IMG/VR virus record: IMGVR_UViG_3300025103_000058
Coordinates: 1 to 39,858 of that record
Length of the DNA stretch: 39,858 nt
Source of the DNA: a virus
Lineage: Duplodnaviria > Caudoviricetes
Strand: one strand, 5' to 3'
Positions 1 to 9,042 of this stretch are shown here, one piece after another. Below the pieces are notes generated by a model. It worked only from the letters and a program-made list of their open reading frames with translations, made no database searches and was not told the origin of the DNA. Both the position numbers and the translations under genes were made by a program. Numbering within the stretch: the stretch's first letter is position 1; each line of letters begins with the position of its first letter.

Positions 1-1
1 T

Positions 2-1237
2 AAATGTATGATGGGCTCAACTTCAAATGCTTTAGATAAAGGTGGAGAGAATTTTAAAAAACTATACAATGCCTCAGATGTCACGAAACGAAATAGAAAT
101 GGTCAGACAAAGTCTGGCTTATACTCTCTTTTTATCCCAATGGAATGGAACTATGAAGGATTTATTGATGAACATGGAATTCCAGTCTTTACTACTCCTG
201 ATATCGACAGATTCGCACCAGACGGTGAATTAATAGATTTAGGTGTAATAGATAGTTGGCAGAACGAAGTTGATGGCTTAAAGGACGATCAAGATGCTTT
301 GAACGAATTTTACCGCCAGTTTCCTAGAACTACAGAGCACGCGTTTAGAGATGAAACTAAAAACAGTATATTTAACTTGGTTAAAATATATGAACAGATA
401 GATTACAACGAGGAGATGACTAGAACTCTAGGAATCACAACGGGTAATTTTCAATGGGTGAATGGTATAAAAGATTCACAAGTTATATTTTACCCAGATC
501 CAAAAGGCAGGTTTAAAGTTAGTTGGGTTCCACCTCAACAGCTCCAAAACAAAGTAGTGCTTAAAAATGGTATTAAATACCCAGGTAATGAACACATGGG
601 AGCCTTTGGTTGTGATAGTTACGATATATCAGGGACGGTAGATGGAGTTGGATCGAAAGGAGCTTTACACGGTTTAACTAGGTTTAGCATGGAGGATGCT
701 CCAGCTAATAGTTTCTTTTTAGAATACTTATCAAGACCACCAACAGCTGAGATGTTCTTTGAGGACGTTCTAATGGCTTTAGTATTTTACGGGATGCCTA
801 TACTCGCAGAGAACAATAAACCTCGTCTCTTATATTATCTGAGACGTAGAGGGTATAGAGGGTTTAGTATGAACAGACCTGATAAGATATGGAACAAATT
901 ATCTGTAGCAGAAAAAGAAGTTGGAGGAATACCAAATTCCTCAGAAGACATTAAACAAGCTCATGCAGCGGCAATTGAGATGTATATACAAGATCACATT
1001 GGAATGAAGCAAGATGGAACGTTCGGTGATTTATATTTCAATGAACTACTAAATGATTGGGCAAAGTTTGATATAAACAAAAGAACAAAGCATGATGCGT
1101 CAATAAGTTCTGGTTTAGCTATTATGGCAAACAACAGACATTTATATGCGCCAAACGCTAAGGTTGAAAAACAACCACTAAACATAAACATTTCCAAGTA
1201 TAGTAATACTGGGAGTAATTCACAAATAATCAAATAA
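2..1237 (+). CDS. terL: Terminase large subunit, C-terminal part (5' truncated by window edge)
   Basis: The frame is open from the window start (KCMMGSTSN). It has an RNase H-like nuclease region (AFGCDSYD, ILAENNK, KHDASISSG) and a QFPRTTEHAF motif, and lies directly upstream of the portal and capsid genes. Confidence 0.9.
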   Translation, partial: KCMMGSTSNALDKGGENFKKLYNASDVTKRNRNGQTKSGLYSLFIPMEWNYEGFIDEHGIPVFTTPDIDRFAPDGELIDLGVIDSWQNEVDGLKDDQDALNEFYRQFPRTTEHAFRDETKNSIFNLVKIYEQIDYNEEMTRTLGITTGNFQWVNGIKDSQVIFYPDPKGRFKVSWVPPQQLQNKVVLKNGIKYPGNEHMGAFGCDSYDISGTVDGVGSKGALHGLTRFSMEDAPANSFFLEYLSRPPTAEMFFEDVLMALVFYGMPILAENNKPRLLYYLRRRGYRGFSMNRPDKIWNKLSVAEKEVGGIPNSSEDIKQAHAAAIEMYIQDHIGMKQDGTFGDLYFNELLNDWAKFDINKRTKHDASISSGLAIMANNRHLYAPNAKVEKQPLNINISKYSNTGSNSQIIK

Positions 1238-1242
1238 TAAAT

Positions 1243-3645
1243 ATGGCAGAGTCTGGCATTAAAAGTTATTTCCCGAGTCAAACTGTAAGTGATGCTGAGA
1301 AGCTTAGCTACGAATATGGTTTAAAAGTAGGTAAAGCAATAGAACAAGAGTGGTTTAACAACGATAGAGGTTCTAATAGACATGGGGCTAATCATAATGA
1401 TTTTCATAATTTAAGATTGTACGCTAGAGGCGAGCAGTCTATACAAAAATATAAGGATGAGTTGTCTATAAACGGTGATTTGTCCTATTTAAATTTAGAC
1501 TGGAAACCAGTTCCAATTATATCCAAGTTTGTTGATATAGTTGTAAATGGTATCGCCGAAAGAACTTATGATGTAAAGGCTTATTCCCAAGATCCACATG
1601 GAGTTTCTAAAAGAACCGCCTACATGGAATCTATATTGAAAGATATGAGATTGAAAGAGTTTAATGATGCTGTCAAAAGAGAGTTAAACTTAAACGTTAG
1701 AGATAGTCAAATAGAAGAACTTCCAGAGAGTAATGAGGAGTTGGAACTTCATATGCAATTAACATACAAGCAATCTATTGAAATAGCGGAAGAACAAGCT
1801 CTTAATACCTTGTTAGAAGGTAATAGATATGAGCTTACAAAAAAGCGATTTTATTATGACCTTACAGTTTTAGGTATAGGAGCGGTAAAAACGTCATTTA
1901 ACACTTCAGAAGGAGTTGTTGTAGATTACGTTGATCCAGTTAACTTAGTTTACTCACACACAGATTCACCTTACTTTGAAGATATATATTATGTTGGAGA
2001 GGTGAAAACTATTCCTGTTAACGAGCTAGCAAAGCAATTCCCACATTTATCTGAAGGTGATCTTGAAGATATAATGAAGAACAAGTCTTCTAACAAAACC
2101 TCTAGACACCAAGAGGACGAAAACACAATCCAAGTTTTATATTTTAATTATAAAACTTATATGAATGAGGTTTATAAAACCAAAGAAACAGCAACTGGTG
2201 GGGATAAGATTATACCTAAAGACGATTCGTTTAATCCACCAGAAGATATGGAGGGTGGTTTTGGTAAAATGCTGAGATCTATAGAGTGTTTGTATGATGG
2301 CGCTATGATTTTAGGTACAGAAAAATTACTTAAATGGGAGATGGCTAAAAACATGATGCGCCCTAAAAGTGATTTTACTAAAGTTAAAATGAACTATTCT
2401 ATTGTAGCGCCTAGAATGTACAATGGAAAAATTGATTCGTTAGTAAAGCGTATAACTGGATTTGCCGATATGATTCAATTAACACACCTTAAACTACAAC
2501 AGGTAATGTCAAGAATGGTTCCCGATGGTGTTTACTTAGATGCTGATGGTTTAGCTGAAGTAGATTTAGGTAATGGAACAAACTATAACCCACAAGAAGC
2601 TTTAAATATGTTCTTCCAAACAGGATCTGTTATTGGTAGATCATTTACTTCTGAGGGTGATATGAACCCAGGTAAAGTACCTATTCAAGAAATTACATCT
2701 GGAGCTGGTGGAAACAAAATGCAAGCTCTTATAGGTAATTATAACTACTACCTACAAATGATAAGAGATGTAACCGGACTTAACGAAGCTAGAGACGGTA
2801 GTATGCCAGATAAAAACGCTTTAGTCGGTGTTCAAAAATTAGCAGCAGCAAATTCAAACACAGCGACTAGACATATATTACAGTCTGGATTATTCCTAAC
2901 AGCTGAGGTTTGTGAGGCATTATCTTTAAGAATTTCTGATATTATAGAATACTCTCCTACAAAAGATGCTTTCATACAAGCTATTGGTGTTCATAACGCG
3001 GCAGTATTAGAAGAACTTAGTGAGTTGCATTTATATGACTTTGGTATATTCATCGACCTACAACCAGATGAAGAAGAGAGAATGATGTTAGAGAACAACA
3101 TTCAAATGGCTCTACAGCAACAAATAATTGAACTAGCTGATGCTATTGATATTAGAGAAATTAAAAACATCAAACTAGCCAACCAATTACTTAAAATACG
3201 TAGAAAGAAAAAATTAGACAAAGACCAAGCTTTGCAGCAGCAAAACATGCAGATGCAAAGTCAAATGAACCAACAAGCGGCTCAAGCAGCTGCTCAATCA
3301 GAGGTTCAAAAAAACCAAGCCTTAACACAAAGTCAAGCGCAGTTAGAACAAGTTAAAGCTCAATTAGAATCTCAAAGAATGATGCAAGAGGTTCAGATGA
3401 AAAAAGAGCTAATGCAATTAGAATTTGAGATGAACATGCAGCTTAAAGGTGTTGAGGTTGATGGGCAGAAATCAAAAGAAAAAGAAAAGGAAGATCGTAA
3501 AGATGAGAGGACTAGAATACAAGCTTCTCAACAAAGCGAACTTATAGATCAAAGAAACAGTGGTAAACCACCTAAAAACTTTGAGTCCGCAGGTAATGAT
3601 ATACTAGGCGGAGGATTTAATTTAGGCGTGTTTGACCCTAGGTAA
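1243..3645 (+). CDS. Portal protein
   Basis: 800 aa, immediately after TerL. Contains VPIISKFVDIVVNG and IRDVTGLNEARDG (P22/crAss-like portal signature) and a Q-rich C-terminal coiled coil. Confidence 0.88.
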   Translation: MAESGIKSYFPSQTVSDAEKLSYEYGLKVGKAIEQEWFNNDRGSNRHGANHNDFHNLRLYARGEQSIQKYKDELSINGDLSYLNLDWKPVPIISKFVDIVVNGIAERTYDVKAYSQDPHGVSKRTAYMESILKDMRLKEFNDAVKRELNLNVRDSQIEELPESNEELELHMQLTYKQSIEIAEEQALNTLLEGNRYELTKKRFYYDLTVLGIGAVKTSFNTSEGVVVDYVDPVNLVYSHTDSPYFEDIYYVGEVKTIPVNELAKQFPHLSEGDLEDIMKNKSSNKTSRHQEDENTIQVLYFNYKTYMNEVYKTKETATGGDKIIPKDDSFNPPEDMEGGFGKMLRSIECLYDGAMILGTEKLLKWEMAKNMMRPKSDFTKVKMNYSIVAPRMYNGKIDSLVKRITGFADMIQLTHLKLQQVMSRMVPDGVYLDADGLAEVDLGNGTNYNPQEALNMFFQTGSVIGRSFTSEGDMNPGKVPIQEITSGAGGNKMQALIGNYNYYLQMIRDVTGLNEARDGSMPDKNALVGVQKLAAANSNTATRHILQSGLFLTAEVCEALSLRISDIIEYSPTKDAFIQAIGVHNAAVLEELSELHLYDFGIFIDLQPDEEERMMLENNIQMALQQQIIELADAIDIREIKNIKLANQLLKIRRKKKLDKDQALQQQNMQMQSQMNQQAAQAAAQSEVQKNQALTQSQAQLEQVKAQLESQRMMQEVQMKKELMQLEFEMNMQLKGVEVDGQKSKEKEKEDRKDERTRIQASQQSELIDQRNSGKPPKNFESAGNDILGGGFNLGVFDPR

Positions 3646-3671
3646 ATTATTAACTATTATTATATTATATT

Positions 3672-4844
3672 ATGGAAGAAGAAAATGAAAAAGTAGTCGA
3701 AGAGATTACACAAGAAACGACTAAACAAGTTGAAGAAAGTAAATTTGAATCTGTTGGAGACGATAGTGTCGTTAAGGTAGATTTAAGTAAACCACCAGAA
3801 CCAAAACAAGATGAAGTTAAAGAAGATAACGCTGACGACAGCGGAGTGGTTGCAGAGTCTGAAGATGCCGAGCCCACACAAGAACAAGAAGAAGTACAAC
3901 CGGAAGCTGAAACACAAGAAACTCCAGTATTAGAAGAAATTACTGAAGAAGAAGTTGAGGAGGTGGAAGAACAAGTTGAAGAAGCGATAGCGGAAGCTGA
4001 AGCTACTGGAGAACCATTACCAGAAAATATCCAAAAGTTAATGGACTTTATGGATGATACTGGTGGAGATTTAAATGATTATGTTAAGCTTAATCAAGAT
4101 TATTCAAAACTAGATGATACTAGTTTGTTACACGAGTACTACAAGCAAACAAAACCTCATTTAGACAATGAAGAAATTAACTTCCTTTTGGAAGACACGT
4201 TCTCTTACGACGAAGATATGGACGACGATAGAGATATACGTAGAAAGAAATTAGCGCTTAAAGAGCAAGTTGCCAGCGCTAAAAGCCACCTAGACGGGCA
4301 AAAGTCTAAATACTATGAAGAGATTAAAGCTGGATCGAAACTCACAAGTGAGCAACAAAAAGCAATTAATTTCTTTGATAGGTACAACAAGGAGTCAGAA
4401 GCAACTCAAAAAACAGTTAAAACAAACTCTGATATTTTTACACAGAAAACTGAACAAGTTTTCAACGACAAGTTCAAAGGTTTTGAATACAACGTCGGTG
4501 ATAAAAAATACAGGTTTAATGTAAACAATGCTGAAGAGGTTAAAAACACTCAGAGCGACATAAGTAATTTCACCAAAAAGTTTTTGGATAAGAAATCAGC
4601 TTTAACAGACGCTAAGGGTTATCATAAATCTCTATACACAGCAATGAATGCGGACGCTGTTGCAAAACACTTTTACGAACAAGGAAAAGCAGATGCTATG
4701 AAAAATAGTATTGCTAAATCTAAAAACGTGGATATGAACCCAAGACAGAGTCATGGGAAAATTGAAGCCGGCGGTGTAAAAGTAAGAGTGTTAGGTGAAA
4801 ATTCTTCTGATTTTAAGTTTAAAATTAAAAACAAAAACAAATAG
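3672..4844 (+). CDS. Putative capsid scaffolding/assembly protein
   Basis: Very acidic, low-complexity N-terminal half and helical C-terminal half. Lies between portal and major capsid genes. Confidence 0.65.
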   Translation: MEEENEKVVEEITQETTKQVEESKFESVGDDSVVKVDLSKPPEPKQDEVKEDNADDSGVVAESEDAEPTQEQEEVQPEAETQETPVLEEITEEEVEEVEEQVEEAIAEAEATGEPLPENIQKLMDFMDDTGGDLNDYVKLNQDYSKLDDTSLLHEYYKQTKPHLDNEEINFLLEDTFSYDEDMDDDRDIRRKKLALKEQVASAKSHLDGQKSKYYEEIKAGSKLTSEQQKAINFFDRYNKESEATQKTVKTNSDIFTQKTEQVFNDKFKGFEYNVGDKKYRFNVNNAEEVKNTQSDISNFTKKFLDKKSALTDAKGYHKSLYTAMNADAVAKHFYEQGKADAMKNSIAKSKNVDMNPRQSHGKIEAGGVKVRVLGENSSDFKFKIKNKNK

Positions 4845-4865
4845 CAAATTTAAAACAAATTTAAA

Positions 4866-6332
4866 ATGGCAATTACAGCAGGAACAAATTTAAACAGTGT
4901 TGCAACTTCTACTCAGATGGCGTTAGTTAATAACTATATTGACTTTACAGCAGCTGGTACAGCGGGTTGGGCACAACAATACTTACCTGATTTAATGGAG
5001 AAAGAAGCTGAGGTGTTCGGTAATAGAACAATTTCAGGTTTCTTATCACAAGTTGGAGCAGAAGAAAGTATGACATCAGACCAAGTAATCTGGTCGGAAC
5101 AAGGAAGATTACACTTAAGTTACAATGGTACACTAGATGTATCGGCTAATCAAATTACTATCGGTACTGATTTAGATGGTAACGCTGGAGCTGCGGCTCA
5201 CGGTATTAGAGTTGGTGATACTATATTAGTATCTAGCTCTCGTGATGGAGCAACTACACAGTGTTACGTTAAAACTAGAACGGCTGGTGCTGCTACTATT
5301 GTAGCTTTACCTTACAAAGCTGCTCTTATGTCTGACGCGGCTGCAGGTACGCTTACTGATGGTACTTGTACTGTTATGGTATATGGATCTGAATTCGCGA
5401 AAGGTACTAGTGGGCAAACGTCTTCTAACGAGCCAGTTCACCAAAGTTTTAGCAATAAACCAATTATTTTAAAAGACTTCTATCAAATCAATGGATCTGA
5501 TGCGTCTCAAATTGGTTGGGTTGAAATTTCTGGTGAAGATGGTCAAAACGGTTACTTATGGTACTTAAAAGCTGAAGGTGATACTAGAACTAGATTTTCT
5601 GATTACGTTGAAATGTCAATGGTTGAATCTGTTAGAGCTTTAGCAGCTTCTACAATTCACGATGACGCAGTTTATGATGGAGGTGCTGGTACTATTACTA
5701 ATACTGACCCTGGAACTGAAGGTTTATTTGCGGCTATCGAAGATAGAGGTAATTTAACTTCAGGTGTTACAGGTGTTAACGCTGCAACTGATTTAGCTGA
5801 GTTTGACGCTATCTTAGCTGAGTTTGACAAGCAAGGTGCTATTGAAGAAAACATGATGTTTGTAAACAGAGCAACTGCTCTAGCAATGGATGACATGTTA
5901 GCTTCTATGAATTCTTACGGAGCTGGTGGTACTTCTTACGGAGTATTTGACAACTCAGAAGATATGGCATTAAACTTAGGTTTCTCTGGTTTTAGAAGAG
6001 GTTCTTATGACTTCTACAAAACTGATTGGAAATACTTAAACGACAACGCTACAAGAGGTGGTGCTGTTGAATCTTCTAGTGCAATTAGAGGTGTTATTGT
6101 ACCAGCAGGTGTATCTTCAGTTTATGACCAACAATTAGGAAAGAATCTTAAGAGACCTTTCTTACATGTTCGTTACAGAAAAGGTCAGTCAGAAGACAGA
6201 AGAATGAAGACTTGGATCACTGGTTCAGTTGGAGGAAATGTTACAACTGACTTAGATGCAATGAACGTACATTACTTATCTGAAAGATGTTTAATCGTAC
6301 AAGGTGCAAACAACTTCATGTTGATGAACTAA
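4866..6332 (+). CDS. Major capsid protein
   Basis: 488 aa. Motifs WAQQYLP, WSEQGRLH, GTEGLFAAIEDRG and GFRRGSYDFYK resemble capsid proteins of crAss-like/flavobacterial phages. Codon usage is strongly biased (gct/ggt/act) and a terminator follows. Confidence 0.88.
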   Translation: MAITAGTNLNSVATSTQMALVNNYIDFTAAGTAGWAQQYLPDLMEKEAEVFGNRTISGFLSQVGAEESMTSDQVIWSEQGRLHLSYNGTLDVSANQITIGTDLDGNAGAAAHGIRVGDTILVSSSRDGATTQCYVKTRTAGAATIVALPYKAALMSDAAAGTLTDGTCTVMVYGSEFAKGTSGQTSSNEPVHQSFSNKPIILKDFYQINGSDASQIGWVEISGEDGQNGYLWYLKAEGDTRTRFSDYVEMSMVESVRALAASTIHDDAVYDGGAGTITNTDPGTEGLFAAIEDRGNLTSGVTGVNAATDLAEFDAILAEFDKQGAIEENMMFVNRATALAMDDMLASMNSYGAGGTSYGVFDNSEDMALNLGFSGFRRGSYDFYKTDWKYLNDNATRGGAVESSSAIRGVIVPAGVSSVYDQQLGKNLKRPFLHVRYRKGQSEDRRMKTWITGSVGGNVTTDLDAMNVHYLSERCLIVQGANNFMLMN

Positions 6333-6344
6333 GCACAATTATTT

Positions 6345-6378
6345 AAAGAGTCGGGGCTTCGGCCTCGACCCTTTTATT
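6345..6378 (+). terminator. Rho-independent terminator after the major capsid gene
   Basis: GTCGGGGC-TTCG-GCCTCGAC stem with a C(UUCG)G tetraloop, followed by CCTTTTATT. Confidence 0.85.
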
Positions 6379-6403
6379 TATTAATTTTATTATATATTAT
6401 ATT

Positions 6404-7234
6404 ATGGCAAAAAAACAAAAAATAGAAAAGGTCGTAGAACCTTTAATAGAAAAAGACTTCGAAGAAGTTGAAATACCGGTTATGGAAAAACCATTACCAA
6501 AAAAGAAAAAAGATACTTGGGAAGTAAAAGATAGACAATATTACTTAAGAGGTAGTTTAAGACCTTTAAGTTACAGTATTAAATCTTCAAACATATATTG
6601 GTTTGATGAAGAGAAAGGATATGAAAGAGAAGTAAAAATCACGTCCAATCAAAGAACTCCATTTGTTGATGAGATGAAAGGTGATCAAAGGTTAGAACAT
6701 GTTATATTCAGAAATGGAACTTTGTTCGTACCTAAAAATAAAGTTATTTTACAACAAATACTATCATTGTATCACCCAGATAAAGGAAGAAAATTTCACG
6801 AGAAAGACTACCAACAAGAGGCGGTTAGTGACATATATGTGTTAGAACTGGAGATAGCGGCATTAAACGCTGCCCAATCTATAGATATAGATATGGCAGA
6901 AGCTGTTATGCGTGTAGAATTAGGTTCTAAGGTGTCAGAGATGAGTTCTAAGGAACTTAAAAGAGATTTACTATTATATGCTAAGAGAAACCCAAGGTTA
7001 TTCTTAGAATTAGTAAATGATGAAAACGTACAGCTTAGAAACTTTGGTATCAAAGCAACTGAAATGGGTATATTAAAACTATCACCTGATCAAAGAACTT
7101 TTTCATGGGGTTCTAATGATAGAAAACTAATGAATGTTCCATTTGATGAACATCCTTATTCAGCTTTGGCTGCTTGGTTTAAAACTGACGAAGGTATGGA
7201 GATTTACTCTAATATAGAGAAAAGATTAAATTAA
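6404..7234 (+). CDS. Conserved putative virion structural protein downstream of the capsid gene
   Basis: 276-aa ORF in the head module with an A/T-rich initiation region. Function inferred only from position. Confidence 0.55.
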   Translation: MAKKQKIEKVVEPLIEKDFEEVEIPVMEKPLPKKKKDTWEVKDRQYYLRGSLRPLSYSIKSSNIYWFDEEKGYEREVKITSNQRTPFVDEMKGDQRLEHVIFRNGTLFVPKNKVILQQILSLYHPDKGRKFHEKDYQQEAVSDIYVLELEIAALNAAQSIDIDMAEAVMRVELGSKVSEMSSKELKRDLLLYAKRNPRLFLELVNDENVQLRNFGIKATEMGILKLSPDQRTFSWGSNDRKLMNVPFDEHPYSALAAWFKTDEGMEIYSNIEKRLN

Positions 7235-7246
7235 CAACAAAATAAT

Positions 7247-7276
7247 ATGGTTGCCCTTCGGGGCGACCATTTATTA
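7247..7276 (+). terminator. Stem-loop / probable terminator or attenuator
   Basis: ATGGTTGCCC-TTCG-GGGCGACCAT, a 10-bp stem with a UUCG loop, followed by TTATT. Lies between genes. Confidence 0.65.
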
Positions 7277-7288
7277 AAATTAAATTAT

Positions 7289-7450
7289 ATGGAAAAGAAA
7301 TCAAAAGGATTAGGAGACTCAATAGAAAAAATTACAAAAGCAACGGGGATAAAAAAAGTTGTAGACACAGTTAGTAAAGTTGTTAAAAAAGATTGTGGGT
7401 GTGGGAAAAGAAAAGACACCTTGAATAGATTATTCCCTTATAATAAATAA
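7289..7450 (+). CDS. Small basic protein with a DCGC motif (53 aa)
   Basis: MEKKSKGLGDSIEK...KDCGCGKRKDTLNRLFPY. Start moved from 7247 to 7289 because the upstream ATG lies inside the hairpin and 7289 has the AAATTAAATTAT leader. Confidence 0.7.
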   Translation: MEKKSKGLGDSIEKITKATGIKKVVDTVSKVVKKDCGCGKRKDTLNRLFPYNK

Positions 7451-7458
7451 AAGAAATT

Positions 7459-8157
7459 ATGGTAAGCGTAGATACAGTATATCAAAAAGTTTTAGCGTTA
7501 GCTAATAAAGAACAAAGAGGTTATATAACACCTCAGGATTTTAATCTATTTGCTAACCAAGCACAAATGGAAATATTTGAACAATATTTCTATGACACAA
7601 ACATTGCTAGAAAAAGCCAAGGCAACGACACGGTTTACGCAGATGTAGATGACATGCTAGAAGAAAAACTTCAAATATTTGAAAGTGTAGATAACGCTGC
7701 CACTATTGATACTTACTATCCTAATGTTCCTAATTACGTATATAGGATTCACGAGATAAAGGGGTCGTATGGTAAAGCGGAAATACTAAACACAAAAGAT
7801 TTTAACACTTGTGTGGATGGTGGTCCTTTATTAAGCCCTAGTGATACTAGACCAGTGGCAAACATTAGAAACAACACAATAAGGTTAATTGCTGGAAACA
7901 ACCTCGCGGTAGTCCCTAAAGGTATTTACTATTTTAGAGTTCCCACTAAAGTCAATTGGACTTATGTTGTTATAAACAAACAAGCAATGTATGACGCTAA
8001 CCCCTCAACTCAAGACTTTGAACTTCATCCATCAGAGGAAAATCAACTTATAAATAAAATATTGATGCTAGCTGGATTAGCCAACCAACAACCAGATATA
8101 ATGAAAGCTGGTCAAGGTATGGATATGGCAACAAAACAACAACAACCTAAAATATAA
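7459..8157 (+). CDS. Putative head-tail adaptor / tail ring protein
   Basis: 232 aa. N-terminus VYQKVLALANKEQRGYITPQDFNLFANQAQ and C-terminal DFELHPSE resemble ring/adaptor proteins. Position fits. Confidence 0.6.
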   Translation: MVSVDTVYQKVLALANKEQRGYITPQDFNLFANQAQMEIFEQYFYDTNIARKSQGNDTVYADVDDMLEEKLQIFESVDNAATIDTYYPNVPNYVYRIHEIKGSYGKAEILNTKDFNTCVDGGPLLSPSDTRPVANIRNNTIRLIAGNNLAVVPKGIYYFRVPTKVNWTYVVINKQAMYDANPSTQDFELHPSEENQLINKILMLAGLANQQPDIMKAGQGMDMATKQQQPKI

Positions 8158-8160
8158 TAA

Positions 8161-9039
8161 ATGGCATTACTAGACAATCAATCTTCCTCCCAATATTATA
8201 GCAACGCTGGTATATATGGTGATTATCAGTTTGTTTCACTAGCTGATATTATAACTCAATTTATGTTTATATATGTTGGTGAAGATAAAATTATATCAAA
8301 AGCTAGTAGAACAGATGTAGCTTTCCACGCTCAAAGAGGTTTAGCTGAAATGTCATTTGACACCTTTAAATCTACTAAGGCTCTAGAAATAACTGTTCCA
8401 GCAACATTACAAATGACGTTACCTCAAGATTACGTTGGTTACGTTAAAGTTAGTTGGGTTGATGGATCTGGAATTAAACATGTTATATATCCTGCTAGTA
8501 AGACATCAAATCCTACAAAACCAACACAAGCTTCTGATGGCTCGTATACTTTTAATGGTGTTGATGGTAGCATGTTGACTGATTCTGAATCTACGACTTG
8601 GGCAAGTTATAATTCTGCTACGCCATCTGAAAACCAAAACGATTATCAAGATGACGCATACTGGCCATTAGACGGAGAAAGATATGGGTTAGACCCTCAA
8701 CACGCTCAAGCTAATGGTTCTTTTTATATAGATGAAAACGCAGGAAAAATTCACTTTAGTTCTAATATCTCAGGAAAAACTGTGATCTTAGATTATATAA
8801 GTGATAGTCTAGGAACTGAAGATGAAATGAAGGTGCATAAGTTTGCTGAGGAAGCAATGTATAAATGGATTTCTTGTGCTATTTTATCAGGAAAATCAAA
8901 CATACCTGAATATCAGGTGAACAGATTTAAAAAAGAAAAATTTGCAGCCGTTAGAACTGCAAAGCTAAGATTATCTAATTTAAAACTAGAAGAACTTACT
9001 CAAATTTTAAGAGGTAAATCGAAACAAATAAAACACTAG
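8161..9039 (+). CDS. Putative tail tubular/ring protein (P22 gp4-like)
   Basis: 292 aa with LPQDYVGYVKVS and VILDYISD motifs. Immediately precedes the gp10-like gene. Confidence 0.6.
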   Translation: MALLDNQSSSQYYSNAGIYGDYQFVSLADIITQFMFIYVGEDKIISKASRTDVAFHAQRGLAEMSFDTFKSTKALEITVPATLQMTLPQDYVGYVKVSWVDGSGIKHVIYPASKTSNPTKPTQASDGSYTFNGVDGSMLTDSESTTWASYNSATPSENQNDYQDDAYWPLDGERYGLDPQHAQANGSFYIDENAGKIHFSSNISGKTVILDYISDSLGTEDEMKVHKFAEEAMYKWISCAILSGKSNIPEYQVNRFKKEKFAAVRTAKLRLSNLKLEELTQILRGKSKQIKH

Positions 9040-9042
9040 TAC

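Noticed and set aside
7247-7288. ORF-track start MVALRGDH
   Set aside because: This ATG is within the hairpin stem; the downstream ATG at 7289 has the typical leader.
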